Part shown: positions 45,151-52,799 of the stretch, one piece after another
Layout: every line of letters starts with the position of its first letter
Numbering within the stretch: position 1 is the stretch's first letter
Assembly (NCBI GenBank): GCA_041600715.1
Contig: JBFIJM010000004.1
Location: 1 to 60,860 of the forward strand
DNA: 60,860 nucleotides
Source: Candidatus Saccharimonadales bacterium
GTDB taxonomy: Bacteria > Patescibacteriota > Saccharimonadia > Saccharimonadales > 2-12-FULL-41-12
Reading direction: 5' to 3'
Position numbers and translations under genes: made by a program
The notes under the pieces: model-generated
Databases searched by the model: none
What the model saw: only the letters and a program-made list of their open reading frames with translations
Told to the model about the DNA's origin: nothing

Positions 45151-48100
45151 ATGTCCAAACCAACATTTATTATAGATGCAGGCGCAGGCGAGGATAAATC
45201 GACTGGATCAAACATGTCCCTGAATTTAAAAAAAGCATATATTCTTAAGCGTAAACTAGAGATGTTTGGATGGAAAGATGTTGGTGTTAGACTGGGTAAA
45301 CCACCAAAATTCGTCGACTTGCTCTATCTCGACTCGTTCGCCGATTGGAGAAAATATAAAAACACTCGATGTTATTTTAAAAACCTAGTCAAAGATTCAA
45401 TACTGTCCATAAGTGATAAATCTTTACTATATCATAACTTAGGCAAAATCGATTCGCATATAAGGGACACTTTCATGATGAGACAAATTGACGTTAACAT
45501 TACAGACTCGTCAAGCATCGAGGCATGTGAAAAATTGTTCGATGGGAGGATGTGGATTTTTAAACCAGTCGCCGGATGGAGTGGTAAAGGTATACAAGTT
45601 TTTAATAGTTACAACGGATTTAAAGAATACGCAGAATCGATTGACGTAGAAAACTGGAAATTTTTTAAATCAAAATCTTCAAGAGCTTCAATTTGGGTAC
45701 TCTCTGAATATATAGAAAATCCATTACTTATAGACGGCCATAAATTTCACTTGAGGCTTTATTTTACAGTGTATAAAAATACTAAAGGAGTAAAATCGTT
45801 CCTACACAACACTGGAATTATAATGGTGTCTAAATTTAAATATGATTTGTCATCCAGCGACATAGTAATACATAGTGTTCATAGCGACGACTCAGAAAAA
45901 CACGAGTTTCCTCGTGAGTATATTAAGTACTTCACTGAAAAAAATGCTAAAAAATTACATAACGACCTCCTAAAAATATTCAAAGCAGTCTCGAAGATAG
46001 ATTTTATGGAATGTTTTGAGGAGTCAAAAAAATGTTTTTATGATTTTGGATGTGATGTTATGATCACGGATAAATATGAGACCAAGCTTATCGAGATAAA
46101 CGACAAAGCTGGCATATCAAGTTTCATAACTATCGATAAATTTGGTAAATGTTATGTACCAAATTTGATGAAATTGATATTTGATCCTGTATTCTTTCCT
46201 AAATTGACCAACCCCGAGAAAAAAATACGGTATACCGATACGGATTATACTCTTATAAGTGTTGGAGAAGGTGGAGATGTAAATAAATCTACCACAAAAA
46301 CCTTTACAGTTTATCTATACAATACAGACACAGGATTTCAAAAACATTCTATTGATTATTTTAATAGATATGGATGGACACACATCCCCATTAGTCGAAA
46401 CATGAAGGGTCATATTAATTATCTCGACTATTCTCTAGACCATTGGCGATATTTTCAGAATGTAACTTCAGACATACGTTCGTCAGCTGACCCCTCACGA
46501 AAAAGATGGAAAGATAAATCTAGTCTATACAATGTTTTGGGGTCGACCCCACGGGGTAAACTTATCCGTGACAAATTCATGATGAAGCAATATGATGTTG
46601 ATTCGAATAATATCATGGGTGAATCGAAGCAATCCGAGAAGTTTAAAGAATTTAAGAACATATTTGATGGACGGAAATATATATTAAAACCAATAACAGG
46701 ATGGAAGGGTCTTGGTATAAAAATTACGGCATCACATAATGAAGCGTTGAAACATTTTAACCAAACTAACCAAATGGACTGGATTTATCACAAAGATAAA
46801 CAATCTGAATCAACTAAATGGGTTATTGCTGAGTACATTGATAACCCTCTTTTAATCCAAGGATGTAAATTTCATATCAGGGCATATTTTATGGTCTACC
46901 TGGATTCAGGATTTAAGACTGGAGCCACTCCGAAAATTAAAGGATATTTATTTAAGACAGGAATAATTATGCAAGCCATAAAAAAGTATAGACCGTCAAA
47001 TTACGATGACGATCAGGTACATAATATCCACGCTGGCAATTCAATAAAAAAAATATATCCAAATACTTTTATAAAAGAATTTGGACTCGCAACCACCAAT
47101 AAAATTAATACTAATATGCAGGAGTATTTTATTGAATTGTTCAATATTATAAACACAGGTTGTTACCCTGAAACTAAGAATTGCTTTACTCTTTACGGCG
47201 CTGACATCATGTTTGATGCGTCGTTTAATGTGAAAATACTCGAGATAAATTCATCTATCGGACGCAAATCTTTATCTGAAAAAAAAGAAGCATATGAATT
47301 TATGAACAACATATTTTCCATATGTATCGTACCAAACTATGGAAAACCTGCGAAATGGAAAGACCTCAAAGCTTATTGGGTAATCGGAGAAAAGTGTATC
47401 GATGATAAAAAATCGGCAGGTTCGATTGGTAAAATATCAGGGTCGGAGCGTCAAAAAACATATCTTATAGATTTAAAAGTCAAAGATTCTAAACCGTTTG
47501 AAAAGCAATTAACGAAGTATCTTGACGATAATGGGTGGGTTAACCACTTAGATTTATTTGCACCAGATGATGGAATCGACCACACAGTCGGTCTACTAAT
47601 ACATAAAAAATATGATTGGAAATCATATGACAAATATAAATCCACAATCCATGCATCTACAGAAAATGAACGGTCAATCACAAATAAATCAGCAATTTAT
47701 GATATCTCCGGAATAAAAAAATATATGATGCCCCAGTATACTATTGATTCAAGGAACAGCGATGATCTTGAAAGGGTGAAGAAATATTTTACTGGTAAAA
47801 TTCGATTTATAGTTAAACCTATGATGGGGTCCATTGGAATGGGTATATTTATAGCAAATACCCATCAAGCGTTGTTGAAAAATTTAGGTAGTAGCCATGT
47901 AGTGATTTATGATATGTATAAAAAAAGCGCTGATGTATATAGATGGATATTAGCCGAATATATTGAAAACCCTCTACTACTCAAGGGGCGTAAGTTTCAT
48001 ATACGTGTATTCTATCTTGTGACTGTGATTAATGGCGTCATTCGAGCATACATATATGGTAAAAATTACATAATGTACGCGACAAAGAAATATAATAAAA

Positions 48101-49698
48101 CATCAACTGACATACTGGTGCATAATATACATTCCGATAATTCTTCTAAATGTGTATTTCCCAAATGCTACACCGACGAATTTGGTCAAGCGAAGACTGA
48201 TAAATTAATAAAAGACTTGAAGGATATCTTTACTATTATTTTTAAGGTGTATAAATCTAAATGTTATGATAGCTCGGACCATTGTTACAACGTTTTTGGT
48301 GCTGACATAATGGTTACCGATAAATATGAAACGAAAATCATAGAGCTAAATCAAGAACCTGGTAAAAAGTATTTATCTGAGTCGACCGAATTATTCGATC
48401 ATTATACGCAAAATCTACAAGAGCTTGTGATTAATCCAGTATTTGGCCCTCCAACCACTGAGTGGAAAGATAAACATTCATATGTGCAAGTTGGTGGGCC
48501 TAAGCTCAGCAATGGTAAATCTTCATCATCGCAGATAGGAGGAGATAGAGATGCGAGTGATGCGAGTGATGCGAGTGATGACGAAACTAAAAAACAAATT
48601 TATGAAGGTGAAAAACACACCTTCGCCGTTGAGTCGGATTATTTTGCCCCATACCTAAATAAGAAAATAATAGAACTTGGTGCTGGGATGTGGGAAGAAT
48701 TTTCTTTATCGTCGTCGGCCAGACAAGGTGATCAAAAAATATCATTCCTCTACATGGATAATCTATCACTTCCTTGGAAAAAATATAAAAATACCCATGC
48801 AACTGTAAAAAATGTAGTCGATAATACTAAATATAGCATTGCCGATAAAGCAAACTTATATCAAAATCTTGCCGGGCCTGTGCGTAAGAAATTTATGCCA
48901 CTTCAGTATACGATAGATTTAGGTACAGAACCGGATGGCTTCACCAAATGGTGTGAGTGTAACTGTGAGAAATATCGTAAAATTATTAAACACGACATGT
49001 GGATGCTTAAACCAGTAACTGGGTACAAAGGTATTGGGATAAAAATGGTGGATAATTTCGGCGACTTCAAACGTCATCTTAGAGAGCATCGTCAAGAAGA
49101 TCATGCACATGGGTCTGAGCGATCCAAACGAGTTGGTGTATGGGTCCTATCTAAATACATAGATCCACCGCTGCTGTTTAAAGGGCATAAATTTCATATA
49201 CGTCTATATTATTTAGTTAGTCAAATCGAGGGCAAAGTACATGGGTATATATTTAAATCTGGCCACCTTTATATTTCAAAAAAGAAATATAAAATGTCTA
49301 GCCATTCGACAGACATCCATAATTTGCATCTTGATAATTCTAACATAGATTTATTCCCTGAAAGTTACGCCAAAGAATTTGGTGTTGATGCATGTGTTAA
49401 ATTATACACGGAAATCTATAAAATGTTTCAAGGAGTATTCGACATAACTAAAATTGGATGTTTCGACGACTCTTCAAATTGTTACTATATCTATGGAGCC
49501 GACATTATGGTTACAGAAGACGGGTGTCCCAAACTACTGGAGGTTAATACCTCTCCACATCTTGGTGTTATGAACATTAATAAAACGTTAGCCAACCGAT
49601 ATGTCACTAATATATTCTCATTAGTATTAAATCCTATATTCGGCGAACCACCTGGATTTCCTAAGAATAATGATTATATTCTCATTGGGGAGAAATAA
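45151..49698 (+). CDS. Protein with four tandem tubulin-tyrosine-ligase-like (TTL, ATP-grasp) modules
   Basis: The track ORF opens on TTG at 45133; the first ATG is 45151. Four modules start at about nt 45151, 46290, 47455 and 48610. Each carries W(I/M)xKP..G..G.GI, WV(L/I)(S/A)(E/K)YI(E/D).PLL..G.KFH(L/I)R.Y and (F/Y)G.D(V/I)M......K(L/I)(L/I)E(I/L/V)N. Confidence 0.8.
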   Translation: MSKPTFIIDAGAGEDKSTGSNMSLNLKKAYILKRKLEMFGWKDVGVRLGKPPKFVDLLYLDSFADWRKYKNTRCYFKNLVKDSILSISDKSLLYHNLGKIDSHIRDTFMMRQIDVNITDSSSIEACEKLFDGRMWIFKPVAGWSGKGIQVFNSYNGFKEYAESIDVENWKFFKSKSSRASIWVLSEYIENPLLIDGHKFHLRLYFTVYKNTKGVKSFLHNTGIIMVSKFKYDLSSSDIVIHSVHSDDSEKHEFPREYIKYFTEKNAKKLHNDLLKIFKAVSKIDFMECFEESKKCFYDFGCDVMITDKYETKLIEINDKAGISSFITIDKFGKCYVPNLMKLIFDPVFFPKLTNPEKKIRYTDTDYTLISVGEGGDVNKSTTKTFTVYLYNTDTGFQKHSIDYFNRYGWTHIPISRNMKGHINYLDYSLDHWRYFQNVTSDIRSSADPSRKRWKDKSSLYNVLGSTPRGKLIRDKFMMKQYDVDSNNIMGESKQSEKFKEFKNIFDGRKYILKPITGWKGLGIKITASHNEALKHFNQTNQMDWIYHKDKQSESTKWVIAEYIDNPLLIQGCKFHIRAYFMVYLDSGFKTGATPKIKGYLFKTGIIMQAIKKYRPSNYDDDQVHNIHAGNSIKKIYPNTFIKEFGLATTNKINTNMQEYFIELFNIINTGCYPETKNCFTLYGADIMFDASFNVKILEINSSIGRKSLSEKKEAYEFMNNIFSICIVPNYGKPAKWKDLKAYWVIGEKCIDDKKSAGSIGKISGSERQKTYLIDLKVKDSKPFEKQLTKYLDDNGWVNHLDLFAPDDGIDHTVGLLIHKKYDWKSYDKYKSTIHASTENERSITNKSAIYDISGIKKYMMPQYTIDSRNSDDLERVKKYFTGKIRFIVKPMMGSIGMGIFIANTHQALLKNLGSSHVVIYDMYKKSADVYRWILAEYIENPLLLKGRKFHIRVFYLVTVINGVIRAYIYGKNYIMYATKKYNKTSTDILVHNIHSDNSSKCVFPKCYTDEFGQAKTDKLIKDLKDIFTIIFKVYKSKCYDSSDHCYNVFGADIMVTDKYETKIIELNQEPGKKYLSESTELFDHYTQNLQELVINPVFGPPTTEWKDKHSYVQVGGPKLSNGKSSSSQIGGDRDASDASDASDDETKKQIYEGEKHTFAVESDYFAPYLNKKIIELGAGMWEEFSLSSSARQGDQKISFLYMDNLSLPWKKYKNTHATVKNVVDNTKYSIADKANLYQNLAGPVRKKFMPLQYTIDLGTEPDGFTKWCECNCEKYRKIIKHDMWMLKPVTGYKGIGIKMVDNFGDFKRHLREHRQEDHAHGSERSKRVGVWVLSKYIDPPLLFKGHKFHIRLYYLVSQIEGKVHGYIFKSGHLYISKKKYKMSSHSTDIHNLHLDNSNIDLFPESYAKEFGVDACVKLYTEIYKMFQGVFDITKIGCFDDSSNCYYIYGADIMVTEDGCPKLLEVNTSPHLGVMNINKTLANRYVTNIFSLVLNPIFGEPPGFPKNNDYILIGEK

Positions 49699-49701
49699 AG
49701 G

Positions 49702-51006
49702 TTATTTTATAATCACCGGATGTAGTTTATCAAAATTATTTATTAACTCGACCAAATATGTCGGTCTATATTTCTGCCGGATCTTTCTATATAATAAATA
49801 TTTATTATACAATGACAATTTGTAGTTGTCGTCCATATATTTTTTTTTTATATATTCAATATTTTCGGGTGTCACTAAAAATTTATGTTCATCGGTATAT
49901 TTTTTAAACTCTGCGGAATTCTCATCGATAGTGGGTGGATTTTTAACAAGTTCTTGCATCTTTATATTCGTACGAAATAAAATCATCGCTAAGAGGGCAA
50001 CTCTGAACCCTTTATTTTCATCTAACTGCATATCTTTCATGAAATCGCCCACATCAATAATTGGATTTGCCAATGTAAATAATATAATAAATAAAGACCA
50101 CGACTTACATAATTCATCGTTACCTTGTAATGTTATTAAGTTTCCCTTCCATTTCCACCGGCGAATCCCGAATTTGTCGAAAGTTCTGTAAAACCACTTT
50201 TTTACAATATTATATCTTATATCGCTACCCGTTTCTGGATTAGCGTCGGGATTACCTTCAATATTTATGCCACCATGTGGCTCAAAATAATAAATTGTCT
50301 TAGTTTTAGAATTGATCAATATAGTATTGCTATGCGATGCCACTATACCAGCGTACGACCATGATAAATTAATCACTGATATTTCATCAGACGTGAAAGA
50401 CTTAACCATAAATCTTTCCAATTCATTCATTTGATTAACTATATGACCTACATTGGTTAAATCAAAAAAGGACACACGGTATCTTTTATATTCATCTGGC
50501 TCTGTTATAGATGTTATGGGGATATGCAAATCTTGTAATTTCTCCGCTACATCGTAAGGTTTAAACGCGGCTTGTAATGTAAAAGAAAGCACCTGTTTGC
50601 CAATAACTAGGTTAATAACTTGATCAATGCGATTGGTCCTGTCGGCTATAAACGATGCTATATTTCCGAACATACCCTTTTCTTCACCGCGGTTGTTTAT
50701 AAAATCATAGAATTGACGCTTGATCAGTGAATCTCCAGACTTAAAAATAGTAGAATATTCCTGCGGCCATGGATAGTTATAATAATATATAGTGCGTGAT
50801 GTTAAAAATTGACCTATCCAAAAGAATGGAGAATTTGAAAAATTAGTTGATTGTCCTAACGGAATAGCTAATTTATAATTACTTTGACATTTAATATTAC
50901 ATTCCTCAAATGTAAGTCTTCCATGGTAAGGATGTCGTTCACATTTAAACTTATCCTTTTTGACATAACAATAATAATCTTCTGGTGGAGTAGGTATAAA
51001 TTCCAT
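49702..51006 (-). CDS. Putative Ulp1/SUMO-protease-like (adenain-fold) cysteine protease
   Basis: ASHSNTILINSKTKTIYYFEPHGG fits H.....(I/L)......(I)YY(F)(D/E)..G, and LQGNDELCKSWSLFII fits Q.N..(D/E)C......, giving His-Asp/Glu-Gln-Cys order as in C48, poxvirus I7 and ASFV S273R-type proteases. Confidence 0.5.
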   Translation of the reverse strand: MEFIPTPPEDYYCYVKKDKFKCERHPYHGRLTFEECNIKCQSNYKLAIPLGQSTNFSNSPFFWIGQFLTSRTIYYYNYPWPQEYSTIFKSGDSLIKRQFYDFINNRGEEKGMFGNIASFIADRTNRIDQVINLVIGKQVLSFTLQAAFKPYDVAEKLQDLHIPITSITEPDEYKRYRVSFFDLTNVGHIVNQMNELERFMVKSFTSDEISVINLSWSYAGIVASHSNTILINSKTKTIYYFEPHGGINIEGNPDANPETGSDIRYNIVKKWFYRTFDKFGIRRWKWKGNLITLQGNDELCKSWSLFIILFTLANPIIDVGDFMKDMQLDENKGFRVALLAMILFRTNIKMQELVKNPPTIDENSAEFKKYTDEHKFLVTPENIEYIKKKYMDDNYKLSLYNKYLLYRKIRQKYRPTYLVELINNFDKLHPVIIK

Positions 51007-51012
51007 TATATA
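51007..51012. promoter_or_regulatory. TATATA as the entire spacer between two divergent ATGs
   Basis: The sequence reads CAT(51004..51006) TATATA ATG(51013..51015). The same motif sits 0-25 nt upstream of many other ATGs in the window. Confidence 0.35.
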
Positions 51013-51246
51013 ATGATAAATTATTATGATTTATTATTTGCTTTTATTATTGTACTGTTGATATTATCAATATGTATATTTGCTCTTGATTATGGCATCA
51101 ATTTATTCGAATCTATAGAAAAATCAAAAAAAATGACAGGACTAGTATTATCTATAACACTACTGATAGGTGTATTTATTATTCGACGTACTGTTTTTTA
51201 TTACCAAACATCATCAAATACAATTATAGGATCTATGGAAGATTAA
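51013..51246 (+). CDS. Small two-TM membrane protein
   Basis: The track ORF 50884.. overlaps the protease gene. The first non-overlapping ATG is 51013, separated from the divergent ATG (51004..51006) by only TATATA. Confidence 0.45.
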   Translation: MINYYDLLFAFIIVLLILSICIFALDYGINLFESIEKSKKMTGLVLSITLLIGVFIIRRTVFYYQTSSNTIIGSMED

Positions 51247-51247
51247 T

Positions 51248-51484
51248 TTAATCAAAAGGATATAAAAATGGCCACAAGCATATAAATTTAACGCATCGTT
51301 GTCTTTTTTTCATATTCATATATTCTTCTAATGTATACACTGATGCTTTATTAGTTATGTGCCATTCTCTTTTATACGTTACCAAGTTTGGTGATGTTAT
51401 ATAATTTATAGTAGCGCCTGTTCCCATATACACGATTAACGGAGATATAGTCTTGTTAAGGTATCGAATAACGTTGCTCACCAT
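51248..51484 (-). CDS. Hypothetical small protein
   Basis: 78-aa ORF with an ATG start. Confidence 0.4.
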   Translation of the reverse strand: MVSNVIRYLNKTISPLIVYMGTGATINYITSPNLVTYKREWHITNKASVYTLEEYMNMKKRQRCVKFICLWPFLYPFD

Positions 51485-51511
51485 TTTATATGTTAAAAAA
51501 ATTACATACCT

Positions 51512-52123
51512 TTAGATGTATAAGCCGCATTTGATACATATCCATGTTGTCTGAGTAGACACATGGAGGTCGACGCCATAGAATACTCCCATATTATGAA
51601 AGGCGTCGGTTTCTAAATTCACAGATCGATATTCCCAAGTGTGTTCTGGGGGAGACAGACGTTGGCGACTAGCGAGTTCCCGGGCACTCTGAGTTGTACA
51701 TGCTGTAATTTTATCAAGAGTTTTTCGCATTGCTGTGAGGCCGTAGCTGTATTCTTGATGCCTTACACGTAAGTTGGAGATTGCAAGCTCACGGTTCTCA
51801 AGACACGTGATTGTCGGTACAATATCGTCGTCAGCCTGCAGACTTAAACAAGCATTGGTTATGTTTTTATCATGTTTAGTTACCGCTTTAGATATTCCCG
51901 ACAAGATGATCTGGGTAGTTATGATATGGCCTGCTCTACATTTAATAGCATTACTTACTTGCCCGTCGTATAAATTTACAGTTCGATGGGTGTCCGGATC
52001 GTTTGACGTTGCGACCACAACTGGAGGGACCCATTTCGACTCACTTGAGGTGGTCGAGGTGGTCGAGGTGGTCGAGGTGGTCGAGGTGGTCGAGGTGGTC
52101 GAGGTGGTCGAAGACGAAAACAT
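51512..52123 (-). CDS. Hypothetical Cys-rich protein with N-terminal (TST)n repeat
   Basis: The track ORF opens on TTG at 52165; the first ATG is 52123. A 9-bp repeat x7 lies at 52047..52109. Confidence 0.55.
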   Translation of the reverse strand: MFSSSTTSTTSTTSTTSTTSTTSTTSSESKWVPPVVVATSNDPDTHRTVNLYDGQVSNAIKCRAGHIITTQIILSGISKAVTKHDKNITNACLSLQADDDIVPTITCLENRELAISNLRVRHQEYSYGLTAMRKTLDKITACTTQSARELASRQRLSPPEHTWEYRSVNLETDAFHNMGVFYGVDLHVSTQTTWICIKCGLYI

Positions 52124-52170
52124 AGTCTTAGAATCACTTGCTGATACTATAAAAAAAATATTCAATTTTT

Positions 52171-52758
52171 TTAATTAACATTGTCATCGTTTTCGCCGCC
52201 ACCTTCACCGGGTGTGATATCGATTACTTGATCATCACCCAAGATGCTGATGACTTCATTATTTTCCTCTCTGTTTCTGATTTTAGAGTACATGTCTACA
52301 CATTCGGCGTGTTTTTCATCGACAGGTATAAGTGATTGGTCGTTGTTTTCAAAAATTCGCATGCTTCCGCTAGCATCATAATATACTCCGCTACCACTTT
52401 CATTATCGCCAGGCCACCCGTTATAGTCGTAAAACACGCCTGTCGGTCCACGAAAAATTCGCAAACGCCAGTCTGGAGATATCCCTTCCCAATCAGGGAG
52501 GTCGTCGTCAGAATTGTCCTCGTCATCTTCATCATCTTCATCATCGCCATTATCAACCTTCATAAGCTGATATAGATCGCATTTTTCTTCGATGCCATAT
52601 ATATCGTCGAGATCTTTATATATCATATCAAACAATCGATTTCGGTCTTCATTTTTTAAGTCTGATATTCTTTTTTTACGTTCCGCCTCGGTATCTTCGC
52701 TCGGAAAATCAATGATTTCTGGCTCAGTCGCGAGTAACAGTTTCTTAAGTGCCTCCAT
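52171..52758 (-). CDS. Hypothetical acidic protein
   Basis: 195-aa ORF with a DDEDDEDDED stretch. Confidence 0.55.
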   Translation of the reverse strand: MEALKKLLLATEPEIIDFPSEDTEAERKKRISDLKNEDRNRLFDMIYKDLDDIYGIEEKCDLYQLMKVDNGDDEDDEDDEDNSDDDLPDWEGISPDWRLRIFRGPTGVFYDYNGWPGDNESGSGVYYDASGSMRIFENNDQSLIPVDEKHAECVDMYSKIRNREENNEVISILGDDQVIDITPGEGGGENDDNVN

Positions 52759-52799
52759 CGTGCAGTTTATAGATATATTGAGTAAGATGTTTTCAATTT

